Shown one piece after another: positions 8,169 through 16,799 of a DNA stretch of 20,469 nucleotides. The notes below the pieces were generated by a model that was given only the letters and a program-made list of their open reading frames with translations, searched no databases and had not been told where the DNA came from. Source of the DNA: a virus (taxonomy: Duplodnaviria; Heunggongvirae; Uroviricota; Caudoviricetes); IMG/VR virus record IMGVR_UViG_2671180724_000020; one strand, given 5' to 3'. How positions within the stretch are numbered: the stretch's first letter is position 1; the number at the start of each line of letters is the position of its first letter. Position numbers and translations under genes: made by a program.

Positions 8169-8179
8169 AAAATCAAAGA

Positions 8180-8869
8180 CTAACCAAATCTGTTTATGTT
8201 GAATGGTACTGATGAGATCACTTTAGACTGGATATAAAGCAGAGCTAACCCCTCTTTTTCGATGCTCCATGGTTGATAATTGGGGTTATCAGATAACACC
8301 ATGATTTTGCTTCCAATTTTTTGAAGCCTTTTCACGTAGCATTCTCCATCAAAACAAAATGCATAAATACCATCGCCATCAAAATAAGTTACTGTCTTAT
8401 CAAGAAAAAGAAGGTCGCCAGGTGAGATTGTGGGAGCCATACTGTCTCCTCTGGCGTTACCTATTTCTATATTTTTGAATGCCCGATTTCCAACAAGACG
8501 TCGGGCATATTCAGGATCAAGTTCTATTGAGCGCACTACATCTATCAAGTCACCACGGACATGAGTTCCATCACCGCAACTAAACTCAACATCAAGGACA
8601 TTAAATACGACGCTATCTGTTCTTGTCTGGTGTTTCTCTTGCGAAGAAAAGGTTGGTGAGGAGTCTTCACCTAAGAACCAGGATTGTGGATAACCGCTAA
8701 TCTCTGATAAATGCGCGAGCTTATCACTCCGTGGAAATGTTTTTCCTGTTGTCCAGTACTGCACTGATTGCGCACTCACACCTAACTTGCGGGCCAGTTG
8801 AGCCTGAGTCCATCCTTTTGCTTTCAGCATCGCGGCTATTCGATTTTCCGTGTTTTTGACGTTCTTCAT
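8180..8869 (-). CDS. cI: CI-type prophage repressor (N-terminal HTH, C-terminal S24 LexA-like autopeptidase)
   Basis: The N-terminus has an HTH (GWTQAQLARKLGVSAQSVQYW). The C-terminus has the S24 motifs GDSM (ARGDSMAPTISPGDLLF) and a downstream Lys (YVKRL). Divergent from the cro-like gene across an operator-bearing intergenic region. Confidence 0.9.
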   Translation of the reverse strand: MKNVKNTENRIAAMLKAKGWTQAQLARKLGVSAQSVQYWTTGKTFPRSDKLAHLSEISGYPQSWFLGEDSSPTFSSQEKHQTRTDSVVFNVLDVEFSCGDGTHVRGDLIDVVRSIELDPEYARRLVGNRAFKNIEIGNARGDSMAPTISPGDLLFLDKTVTYFDGDGIYAFCFDGECYVKRLQKIGSKIMVLSDNPNYQPWSIEKEGLALLYIQSKVISSVPFNINRFG

Positions 8870-8875
8870 GACCAA

Positions 8876-9002
8876 ATCCTGTGGGTTTCTTTACAAGGAT
8901 AAATCTTTACTTGATTTTAGTGTATTCGATCCTTTTGCAACTTGCATGTTAATTTAAACTTGATGTATTCTTGATTTATAAAGTTAATATTGGTGCTTTG
9001 TT
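8876..9002. promoter_or_regulatory. Immunity-region operator/promoter region between cI and cro (OR/PR/PRM analogue)
   Basis: 127-bp divergent intergenic region. It holds three copies of an ACTTGAT-type motif (8910-8915, 8959-8964, 8970-8975), an inverted CAAGGAT/ATCCTT pair (8894-8900, 8928-8936) and a TAATAT -10-like hexamer (8986-8991) just upstream of cro. Confidence 0.5.
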
Positions 9003-9275
9003 ATGGAAGGAAATGATTACGACAAACTTCGTGCATTAATTGCGCAAAATGCCATAGCGCGAAATCTTGGTGTGACGCCGCAAGCGGTGAATCAGTGGTT
9101 TTCAAAAAACACAATTCCTGCTCGTTTCGTTTTACGCGTATGTGAAGTAGTTGCATGGAAGGTCACGCCACATGGCTTAAGGCCAGATCTTTATCCTCAC
9201 CCTGAAGATGGAATTCCTGATTCGTTACGCAAAATTTCAAATCCAAGCTTAGCGCACACAGAGGACGAGAAGTGA
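9003..9275 (+). CDS. cro: Cro-like / YdaS-family HTH regulator
   Basis: 90-aa ORF divergent from cI. HTH region (LGVTPQAVNQWFSKNTIP) resembles Cro/YdaS-type regulators of Rac-like prophages. Very short leader. Confidence 0.7.
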   Translation: MEGNDYDKLRALIAQNAIARNLGVTPQAVNQWFSKNTIPARFVLRVCEVVAWKVTPHGLRPDLYPHPEDGIPDSLRKISNPSLAHTEDEK

Positions 9276-9345
9276 TGGTGGTGATATGAGCGAAAAAATA
9301 ACTATTAAATACGATGGGGCAACCATTTCGATTGCCCCAATCACA

Positions 9346-9639
9346 TTAGCGTTCGCTGAGAAGTTGTTGGTAAGCCTTAAAGGATGCGAACTGCATTCTA
9401 CCTTCGGCATTGATTCCAATGCCTTCGCTTGTACACCAGGTGATGAACTCGGCTGTATCCGCTTCAACTTTAATAACTCGTTGCCCGCTTCTTTCGACAC
9501 GCTTAATCAATTTTTCAGCGTCGTGTTTCCACTCGGTGTAACTGTCGGAGAGCACATCAGCATCAGTAAAAATATTTTTGAGCTCATGATACTGAATCGC
9601 ATCGCGAAACCAGAATAAACCAACGGCCTGAACTTTCAT
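9346..9639 (-). CDS. Hypothetical protein (97 aa) convergent with cro
   Basis: Excellent RBS on the minus strand (AAGGAGG 6 nt before the ATG at 9639). The fully overlapping plus-strand ORF 9286-9618 has a weaker start context. Confidence 0.55.
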   Translation of the reverse strand: MKVQAVGLFWFRDAIQYHELKNIFTDADVLSDSYTEWKHDAEKLIKRVERSGQRVIKVEADTAEFITWCTSEGIGINAEGRMQFASFKAYQQLLSER

Positions 9640-9716
9640 GTCGAACCTCCTTTGGTTCTTTTGTTTATAGGGATCAAAAGGATAACTGAAGGAAGGTTCG
9701 GCACCAATAAGTACGA

Positions 9717-10466
9717 ATGTGCGGAATCTTAAAAGAATTTATCCGTAAGGAGATGGCAGTGAACACCGCAATTTTTAACGACAAAGCATCCATGACCAGC
9801 GTTGAGATCGCAGAGCTGGTGGGTAGTCAGCACTCAGATGTTAAACGTAGTATCGAACGCCTGGTTGCTAAAAACATCATCCGGAAACCGCCAATGGCTG
9901 TTTCCGAGAAAATCAATAACTTAGGTTTTAAAGTTCAATATGAGCATTACCTGTTTGAAGGAGAACAAGGTAAGCGCGACAGCATCATTGTCGTCGCACA
10001 GCTCTGCCCTGAATTCACTGCTCGCCTGGTAGATCGCTGGCGTGAACTGGAAGAACAGATCCGTAAGCCAATGAGCGAAATTGAAATGGTTGCTGCGATG
10101 GCTCTTGAAGCCGTTCGCCAACAGAAACGGATCACTCAGGTGGAAGAAAAAGTCAGCCACGTTGCTGAAACAGTCGAGCAAATTAAAAAGGGCACTATTC
10201 GTGAGGGCTATGCCGGATATCGCCAACTGAAAGCAAAAACCGGTTTGTCAGATGATAAATGCCGCAATCTGGTGAACGCCTATCAGATTCCTACAGACAC
10301 CCATGAGTTCATGACGCCGGACGGATTGTTGTCACGTCGCGCAATTGTTGCTGTGGAACCGTTTATGGCTGCTTTTTATCGGGTTATGGAGGAAGCAGAA
10401 CCGCGAGGGACTCGCTGGTATCACCCGAAAATGGGGTTATTTCAGGTTATTGGTTGGCAGCGGTGA
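9717..10466 (+). CDS. Phage regulatory / antirepressor-like protein (Rha/AntA-like N-terminal domain)
   Basis: The N-terminal motif MTSVEIAELVGSQHSDVKRSIERLV matches the short DNA-binding domain of Rha/Ant-type phage regulators. The true start may be the GTG at 9759, which has AAGGAG 6 nt upstream. Confidence 0.65.
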   Translation: MCGILKEFIRKEMAVNTAIFNDKASMTSVEIAELVGSQHSDVKRSIERLVAKNIIRKPPMAVSEKINNLGFKVQYEHYLFEGEQGKRDSIIVVAQLCPEFTARLVDRWRELEEQIRKPMSEIEMVAAMALEAVRQQKRITQVEEKVSHVAETVEQIKKGTIREGYAGYRQLKAKTGLSDDKCRNLVNAYQIPTDTHEFMTPDGLLSRRAIVAVEPFMAAFYRVMEEAEPRGTRWYHPKMGLFQVIGWQR

Positions 10467-10874
10467 AAAAAAGCCGGGAGTAACCCGGCTCACTCAACAT
10501 CAATAACGGGGAGCTGTTTCGCATAAAACGGCTCCGAAACATCCAAGAACAGTTCTAAAGATATCAGCAGCTATATGATCATTTCAAGACCAAATATTGA
10601 TTCTGCAATTTCGGGACGTTACACTGTCTCCGCACCTTATAAAGCGGGTGCCGGGGGTCGCAGCCCGGAATTGTCAACGGCGATATATGACGCGCCAGCG
10701 TCTTTTTTATCGTCCGCGCTCACGCACGCCAGAATTATGGTGGGCTGGGCAGGGGAGCCGAAAGGCTCGCCGGTCTCCGTTGACGCCGGTACTGCGAACC
10801 CTGTTCAGTCTGCCACCAGTGAGTTTCGCAGCTCCGGTGGTGGAAGTTTTCCACAGTCAACGGAGGCTGCCATC

Positions 10875-11237
10875 ATGGCTACTGTCCCAACTTCCCCATA
10901 CCTGAAAATTGAAGTTGTCAACGGCAAGGCCGTTATTTTCTCCCTGCATGTTGCCTGCCACTTTAAGCGAATGCACCAGAACATCGTTGACAAAATCGAG
11001 TATCTGAACTGCTCACGCGAGTTTTTTACCTGCAATTTCATACCGGGTACTTATCACATCTACGGTGACTCCCTGCGTGGTTATTACATCACTCTTGATG
11101 GCCTGATGATGCTTCAGCTTGGGTTAAGTCTGCGCACAATGCGGTACTACGAGAGCTGCATTGAGGCATTCCATGAAGCTGAAACCAGCCTGAATCATAC
11201 AGCTTTCCGCTGTAATCAATGGGAGGTGCGCCCATGA
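10875..11237 (+). CDS. Rha-family-like phage regulatory protein (120 aa)
   Basis: ATG at 10875 preceded by ACGGAGG. The motif AVIFSLHVACHFKRMHQNIVDKIEYL fits the Rha pattern (V.TSL.VAE.FGKRH.NVLRDI). The upstream 300 nt of the track ORF looks non-coding. Confidence 0.5.
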   Translation: MATVPTSPYLKIEVVNGKAVIFSLHVACHFKRMHQNIVDKIEYLNCSREFFTCNFIPGTYHIYGDSLRGYYITLDGLMMLQLGLSLRTMRYYESCIEAFHEAETSLNHTAFRCNQWEVRP

Positions 11238-11467
11238 TTCGCCGCCTCGTTAATTCTCTGTATCACCGACACAACCGTTGCCCCCGTGTGGGGCAGTGGT
11301 TCGCCACCAGCGACGGTCGCGTTCTGCGGGTTTGCCTGGTCAGCACCGAAAGCCAGAAAGTTGTGTGTGAATTACTGGGGCGTAACTACACCATCAGTTA
11401 CCCACTAGTGGCGTTTCAGTCCGGAAAAATGTTTAAACGCCTGGGAGGTGGCTATGCGTCCGTCTGA
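11234..11467 (+). CDS. Hypothetical small protein (77 aa)
   Basis: ATG overlaps the stop of the upstream gene (ATGA); GGGAGGTG RBS. Function unknown. Confidence 0.5.
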   Translation: MIRRLVNSLYHRHNRCPRVGQWFATSDGRVLRVCLVSTESQKVVCELLGRNYTISYPLVAFQSGKMFKRLGGGYASV

Positions 11468-12347
11468 TCTTCTGCTCGATTTTGGGCATCCGGTTGCTTA
11501 TTACCCTGGGCTCGTTAAATACATGGGAAGTCCGCACGCTGTTATTTTCTTTGGTCAGATTTTTTACTGGCAGGATAAAGCACATGCAGCGGAAGGCGTA
11601 CATAAAACGCGTGAAGAGATACAACACGAAACCGGACTTACATTTGAACAACAGGCTGTAGCGCGTAAGCATCTTGTGTCCAGAGGCATTTTGGTTGAAA
11701 CCAACAAGCGTCTTGAGCACAAAATGTTCTACCGTATAGATTGTGAGCGCCTTAATGAAATTATCAATGAAAACAATCAGTTTTCCCGAAATGGGGAAAC
11801 CCGTTTTCGGGAAACTGTAAAACCCAATTTCGCGGAGGAGGGAAAGCCTTCACCGCGGACACGGGAAACCCCTCGCCGCGGTGAAGGGAAAACCAATTTC
11901 GATCTTACAGAGAATACAACAGAGATTACTTCAGAGAGTACTACAGAGAGTAAAAACACTATTGGCGCATCCGCTGACGCGTCTGCACCAGCGCGTTCTG
12001 CCCGACAGGAATATTCACCGGAATTTGAACAGGCATGGCAGGAATATCCCAAACGTGCTGGTGGCAATTCCAAGTCAGCAGCCTTCAAAGCCTGGAAAGC
12101 ACGTATCAGGGAGGGAATAAAACCGGAGAACATGCTTGATGGCGTGAAGCGGTATGCCGCCTGGGTGCGTGTCTCTGGAAATACCGGTACCCAGTTCGTG
12201 AAGCAGGCGTCGACGTTCTTTGGACCCGATCGTCATTTCGAGGAATCCTGGCAACAGCCAGCAGCCCCCGGAGGTGGGCGGGGCAAAAGCCTCCCGATCT
12301 CGGGATTCAGTGAACAGGACTACGGCTCAACGAACTTCAACTGGTGA
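11454..12347 (+). CDS. Putative phage replication initiation / replisome-organiser protein
   Basis: ATG at 11454 preceded by GGGAGG. N-terminal winged-helix-like region, a low-complexity linker, and a conserved-looking C-terminal segment (EYSPEFEQAWQEYPKRAGGNSKSAAFKAWKARI...). Sits immediately upstream of the DnaC-like and DnaB-like genes. The functional call is positional. Confidence 0.55.
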   Translation: MRPSDLLLDFGHPVAYYPGLVKYMGSPHAVIFFGQIFYWQDKAHAAEGVHKTREEIQHETGLTFEQQAVARKHLVSRGILVETNKRLEHKMFYRIDCERLNEIINENNQFSRNGETRFRETVKPNFAEEGKPSPRTRETPRRGEGKTNFDLTENTTEITSESTTESKNTIGASADASAPARSARQEYSPEFEQAWQEYPKRAGGNSKSAAFKAWKARIREGIKPENMLDGVKRYAAWVRVSGNTGTQFVKQASTFFGPDRHFEESWQQPAAPGGGRGKSLPISGFSEQDYGSTNFNW

Positions 12348-12366
12348 TTTTGCGGGGAGGGTGAAA

Positions 12367-13257
12367 ATGACTAATTTCCTGAACAAACAACACATGCAAC
12401 ACGACAAAGCGCAGTTACTTAACCGCAAGGCAGACCTGGAAGAGGAGCTGGCATTTGTCCGTGGCGGAAAGCGTCCGTGGCGCTGTGAGCATTGGGTGCA
12501 AAGCACTGAGACGGTGTCCTGCGGGAAACACGGAAAATACACGCGCTATGTGCTGACTGGCCCGGATGTAAGGGGGAAAGCTGTCAAACGGGTGTCCGGT
12601 TGCCTGTCCTGCCTCAGTGAGGAGCTGGGCCGCGTGTATGACGAATTACGCGCCCTGAAGGTTCGTGAATTACTCGATCAGGCCGGTATTGCCCGCCGGT
12701 TCCAGGACTGTGAGTTTGAGAATTATCAGGCGGTGAATACTGACGCACAGAAAAACCTTGAAGCCTGTCAGCGCTATGCCGCTTCCTGGAAGAAATGTCT
12801 CGCTGCAGGCACCAGCATGGTCATGATTGGCAATTGTGGTACCGGTAAAAATCACCTGGCTGTATCAATGGCAAAAAATATTATTCGCCACCACCAGGCA
12901 ACCATAGAAATCACGGATGTAATGCGGCTTACCCGTGCGGTGAAAAATACCTGGCGCCACAACTCTGAGCGCACTGACGATGAAGTGATTAATCATTTTG
13001 CATCGCTGGATCTGCTTATCATCGATGAGGTTGGTGTGCAGTTCGGTACGCCTGCGGAGATAACCATCCTGCAGGAAATCATAAATGCGCGTTACGAAAG
13101 CGTTTTACCGACAATTTTGATCAGCAACCTGACGTTTGAACAGCTTAAGGAATCCATTGGTGAACGGATTGTGGATCGCGTTACTGATGGTGGGCGTAAC
13201 TGCCTGGTGTTTGGTTGGGAAAGCTACCGCGCGCATATCAGAGGTGTGGCAGCATGA
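12367..13257 (+). CDS. DnaC-like helicase loader (IstB-like AAA+ ATPase)
   Basis: Walker A GNCGTGKNHLAVSMA and Walker B LLIIDEVG. Start at ATG 12367 with GGGGAGGGTGAAA upstream; the track ORF's 5' extension overlaps the preceding gene. Confidence 0.85.
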   Translation: MTNFLNKQHMQHDKAQLLNRKADLEEELAFVRGGKRPWRCEHWVQSTETVSCGKHGKYTRYVLTGPDVRGKAVKRVSGCLSCLSEELGRVYDELRALKVRELLDQAGIARRFQDCEFENYQAVNTDAQKNLEACQRYAASWKKCLAAGTSMVMIGNCGTGKNHLAVSMAKNIIRHHQATIEITDVMRLTRAVKNTWRHNSERTDDEVINHFASLDLLIIDEVGVQFGTPAEITILQEIINARYESVLPTILISNLTFEQLKESIGERIVDRVTDGGRNCLVFGWESYRAHIRGVAA

Positions 13258-14654
13258 CAAACCCGACAAATCCGGCGTGGCGTAATGATGACCTGGAAGG
13301 AGCTGTCATCGGTGCGTTTTTTCTGCGTGGGGCTGATCCGGAAGTGATGGATATTCTGGCCACGCTTCCGGCGGATGTCTTTTTCGTGCGTCAGTACAGG
13401 GATATTTACGCGGGAATTTGCAGACAGGCCCGTGTATCCGGCGTCATTGACCCCGTACTGCTGTGCAATGAGATGCCGGAACTTGCCCCGGTGATTACCG
13501 ACACCGGACGCAAAACCTGGGTGAAGTCTTCACTGGAGCACTATGTCGCAGCGTTGCGGCGTAATGCCGTACTGCGCGATGCAGAAAAAACACTGACTGA
13601 AGCATTACAGAATTTACGTGATGCGTATACCTGTGAAGCAGCCGAGGATGCCCTGAAGGATGCGCAGAACATGATGGCCTCACTGTCGACCGGAAAGGGC
13701 GTCATTCAGCCGGTTCACATTGATGATGTCCTTCCAGAAGTGGTCGACCGTGTTGAATGCCGCAATCAGGGACTGGAGAAATCCAGGGCGCTGATGACCG
13801 GTATTGATGAGCTGGACGCAAAAACGGGCGGTATGGAGCCAGGCGACCTGGTATTCATTGCGGCTCGTCCTTCGATGGGGAAAACCGAACTTGCGCTGGA
13901 TATCATCGACAAGGTGACTGAGCAGGGGCATGGCGTGCTTCTGTTCACCATGGAGATGGCGAACATTCAGATTGGTGAACGTATGGTGTCTGCTGCCGGG
14001 GGAATGCCGGTATCCCGTCTTAAGTCAGTTGCCCGTTTTGAAGACGAAGACTGGGCACGTTTCTCACAGGGCGTGGGACGAATGACGGGGCGTAATATCT
14101 GGATGGTGGACCAGGCAAACCTGACCATTGATGAGATATGTGCAACTACGAGGCACCACCGGATGAAACACCCGGAAACGGCGCTGGTGGTGGTCGATTA
14201 CCTCGGCCTGATTAAAACCCGCAGCATGGGGCGTCACGACCTTGCTGTGGGGGAAATCTCAAAGGGACTAAAAAGCCTGGCAAAATCCGGCGGTTTTCCG
14301 CTGATTGCTCTGAGCCAGCTCTCCCGCGGTGTGGAATCCAGACCCAATAAACGCCCCATGAACTCGGACCTGAAAAACTCAGGGGAAATAGAGGCGGATG
14401 CAGACATCATTCTGATGCTTTACAGGGATGAGGTGTACAACCCGGAGACACAGGCGAGAGGCATAGCAGAAATCAACATCACGAAACAGCGTAATGGTAC
14501 GCTGGGTACCATTTACCGGCGTTTTCATAACGGGCATTTTCTGCCTGTGGACCAGGAGAGTGCCCGGGTTCTTTCCACTCCCATGACGCCGGGCAATCCG
14601 CGCAGATACAGCAATAACCGCATGTCGGGTAGTAAAACGGAGCGTTTATTTTGA
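13254..14654 (+). CDS. DnaB-family replicative DNA helicase
   Basis: Walker A in AARPSMGKTELALDI, DnaB-like N-terminal domain and RecA-like core (VVDYLGLI..., SQLSRGVE...). Its ATG overlaps the DnaC-like stop (ATGA). Confidence 0.9.
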   Translation: MTNPTNPAWRNDDLEGAVIGAFFLRGADPEVMDILATLPADVFFVRQYRDIYAGICRQARVSGVIDPVLLCNEMPELAPVITDTGRKTWVKSSLEHYVAALRRNAVLRDAEKTLTEALQNLRDAYTCEAAEDALKDAQNMMASLSTGKGVIQPVHIDDVLPEVVDRVECRNQGLEKSRALMTGIDELDAKTGGMEPGDLVFIAARPSMGKTELALDIIDKVTEQGHGVLLFTMEMANIQIGERMVSAAGGMPVSRLKSVARFEDEDWARFSQGVGRMTGRNIWMVDQANLTIDEICATTRHHRMKHPETALVVVDYLGLIKTRSMGRHDLAVGEISKGLKSLAKSGGFPLIALSQLSRGVESRPNKRPMNSDLKNSGEIEADADIILMLYRDEVYNPETQARGIAEINITKQRNGTLGTIYRRFHNGHFLPVDQESARVLSTPMTPGNPRRYSNNRMSGSKTERLF

Positions 14655-14908
14655 ACAACAGAACAACCACTGTTTCACCGGAACAACTTCGTCGGCAGGC
14701 GCAGGAGATGCTTCGTTGTGCTGAACAGATGGAAAAAACGAGCGTGAAAAAAGATACGCTCCGCAAGCAGCTTACTCCGGCGCTTCGTGATCTGCTGCAG
14801 GCAAAACACCGCACACAAAAGGCGGTGGATGAGCTGGTGGATTGCGTGGCGGAACTGGAAGGACAGGTAAGCCAGTTTGAAATACTGGTGAAGGAGTTTA
14901 CTGCGTGA
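14651..14908 (+). CDS. Small hypothetical protein (85 aa, predicted helical)
   Basis: ORF begins at a TTG overlapping the DnaB stop, with ACGGAG upstream. No family recognised. Confidence 0.45.
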   Translation: MNNRTTTVSPEQLRRQAQEMLRCAEQMEKTSVKKDTLRKQLTPALRDLLQAKHRTQKAVDELVDCVAELEGQVSQFEILVKEFTA

Positions 14909-14953
14909 TGGCTGAATTTTTTCTTCTGCGTTCATGCAATACCGTTCGCTGAG

Positions 14954-15949
14954 GTGACCGTGAGAGCACTACTGACCCCTGAAATTGCCCCGCGTATGGG
15001 GATCGTATTGTTCAGGCCCGGTTCAGAGCTGATGCCCCTGTTTATGCAGGGGCGTGTCCTGCTGGAGCCTGAGCCGGAACGTTATTCATCTTTTGCCAGT
15101 GGTGCCGTTCCGGCGGCATCACAACCGCTGGCGGATGATCCTGCCGTTCGGGCCGTGTTCCGCAATGAGGCAGTGATCCGTCGTGCTGGTGGCGTGGAAT
15201 GTCTTGAAAGCTGGTTACTTCGTGAAAAGGGCTGTCAGTGGCCTCATTCCAACTGGCACAGCGAGAACATGACCACAATGCGACACGCTCCGGGCGCAAT
15301 CCGTCTGTGCTGGCACTGCGATAACCAGCTGCGCGATCAGTTCACGGAACGGCTGGAATCAATGGCAACGGATAACTGTGCCCGCTGGGTGTTGTCTGTT
15401 GTGCGTCGGGATCTCGGTTTTGATGACAGTCACGTTGTGACAATGCCGGAACTGTGCTGGTGGCTGATTCGTAATGATCTGGCGGATGCCTTACCGGAAA
15501 GTGCAGCCCGTAAGGCACTGAGATTACCGAAGCCTGTTGTGCCGTCTGTTACCCGGGAAAGTGACCTTGTGCCTTCGGTTCCTGCCACCAGCATCATCCA
15601 GGATAAGGCGAAAAAGGTGCTGGCGCTGAAAGTGGATCCGGAGTCGCCGGAGTCTTTTATGTTACGCCCAAAACGTCGCCGCTGGGTTAATGAAAAGTAC
15701 ACGCGCTGGGTTAAGACACAGCCGTGTGCATGTTGTGGAAAGCCCGCTGATGATCCCCACCACCTGATAGGTCACGGTCAGGGTGGAATGGGAACAAAAG
15801 CGCATGACCTCTTTGTGTTGCCTTTGTGCAGAAAGCATCACGACGAGCTGCATGCGGATACCGTGGCATTTGAAGAGAAGTATGGCTCCCAGCTGGAGCT
15901 GATATTTCGTTTTATCGATCGTGCGCTGGCAATTGGCGTGCTGGCCTGA
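14954..15949 (+). CDS. DUF968 domain-containing prophage protein
   Basis: The C-terminal region (WVKTQPCACCGKPADDPHHLIGHGQGGMGTKAHDLFVLPLCRKHHDELH) matches the Cys/His-rich DUF968 signature found between replication and Q genes in lambdoid prophages. GTG start. Confidence 0.7.
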   Translation: MTVRALLTPEIAPRMGIVLFRPGSELMPLFMQGRVLLEPEPERYSSFASGAVPAASQPLADDPAVRAVFRNEAVIRRAGGVECLESWLLREKGCQWPHSNWHSENMTTMRHAPGAIRLCWHCDNQLRDQFTERLESMATDNCARWVLSVVRRDLGFDDSHVVTMPELCWWLIRNDLADALPESAARKALRLPKPVVPSVTRESDLVPSVPATSIIQDKAKKVLALKVDPESPESFMLRPKRRRWVNEKYTRWVKTQPCACCGKPADDPHHLIGHGQGGMGTKAHDLFVLPLCRKHHDELHADTVAFEEKYGSQLELIFRFIDRALAIGVLA

Positions 15950-15966
15950 TTTTGTGGAGAAAGTTG

Positions 15967-16329
15967 ATGCGTGATATTCAAATGGTTCTGGATCGTTGGG
16001 GAGCATGGGCGGCGAGTGATAGTTCAGGAGTAGACTATTCTCCTATAGCTGCTGGGTTTAAAGGGCTTCTTCCCTATACAAGCAAAACACGTCAGGCTTG
16101 TTCAGATAGTGATGCATTAATTATTGAAGGTTGTCTTGCTCTTCTTAAAAAGCGAAAACCGTACGAGCATTCTTTGATTGTGGCCCATTACCTGTATGGC
16201 ATCTCGAAAAGAAAGCTTGCAAGAGCTCGCAAAAAAGATGAGAAATTGATACGTATAGAGATACAGATGGCTGAAGGGTTTATTGATGGATGCCTTTCAA
16301 TGCTGGATGTTAAACTTGAAATGGAGTAG
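15967..16329 (+). CDS. Antitermination protein Q (small Q family, as in DLP12 QuuD / phage 21-type)
   Basis: Start MRDIQMVLDRWGAWAA..., preceded by GGAG. Size of about 120 aa and position before a moron/late region match small Q antiterminators. Confidence 0.7.
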   Translation: MRDIQMVLDRWGAWAASDSSGVDYSPIAAGFKGLLPYTSKTRQACSDSDALIIEGCLALLKKRKPYEHSLIVAHYLYGISKRKLARARKKDEKLIRIEIQMAEGFIDGCLSMLDVKLEME

Positions 16330-16330
16330 A

Positions 16331-16356
16331 AAAAAGGGCATTTCTGCCCTTTTTAA
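16331..16356. terminator. Bidirectional rho-independent terminator between Q and the convergent cassette
   Basis: AAAAAAGGGCA, loop TTTC, TGCCCTTTTT: a GC stem flanked by an A-run on one side and a T-run on the other, so it can terminate both the plus-strand Q transcript and the minus-strand cassette transcript. Confidence 0.6.
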
Positions 16357-16796
16357 ATGTGGGGGAGTATCCAGTTTACTTTTCTCCATGTAAAGGCAAA
16401 AGTTATTACTGAAATGATAAGAAGAGATAACGATTCGATAATTAAAATAAATTCTATTTTTTCTCCATGTAACAATGTCTTTTCATTGGCAAACATTGCT
16501 ATCAAAGCAATAACGCATGCCGTAATTAAAGATGCACCTGCGGTTAATAGATTTACAATAATAACTTGAAGTATGTTGTTGTTTTTTAATGCTTTTATTA
16601 TTCCATTTGAGTTTTCGCTAGCAGCACTAAAAATTGATATTGTGGCTAAAATAAAACCAAATAAAATACCGGATACAGTTGAAATAACCCCGGAGGCTGT
16701 AAGTATGTCAGCATGCCCCATCTGAGGGATATACCTCAGTAGGAACAAGGTGCAAAAAACACTTACAATCAGGTTTCTTAAGTATTTCAATAACAT
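16353..16796 (-). CDS. Four-helix integral membrane protein (147 aa), putative RexB-like effector
   Basis: Four hydrophobic segments of about 20 aa each. AT-rich codon usage. Start 3 nt after the stop of the upstream 313-aa gene. Local similarity to lambda RexB as I recall it (LFLLRYIPQ versus LFRHYIPG). Confidence 0.6.
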   Translation of the reverse strand: MLLKYLRNLIVSVFCTLFLLRYIPQMGHADILTASGVISTVSGILFGFILATISIFSAASENSNGIIKALKNNNILQVIIVNLLTAGASLITACVIALIAMFANEKTLLHGEKIEFILIIESLSLLIISVITFAFTWRKVNWILPHI

Positions 16797-16799
16797 ATC

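Noticed and set aside
9286-9618. 110-aa plus-strand ORF after cro
   Set aside because: It completely overlaps a minus-strand ORF that has a much stronger RBS. I retained it only as an alternative in the findings.
10575-10905. 5' extension of the 220-aa ORF and the Arg-rich 102-aa ORF
   Set aside because: The translations are low-complexity Ser/Ala/Gly/Arg-rich with no RBS and contain terminator-like hairpins. I placed the real gene start at ATG 10875.
12220-12366. N-terminal extension of the DnaC-like ORF
   Set aside because: It overlaps the 3' end of the upstream gene, whereas the ATG at 12367 has a strong RBS and begins just after the upstream stop.
13495-14814. Minus-strand ORFs 13495-13683, 13680-13931, 13766-13966 and 14479-14814
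   Set aside because: They are antisense within the DnaB-like helicase gene and the following small gene, with Cys/Ser/Arg-rich translations typical of shadow frames.
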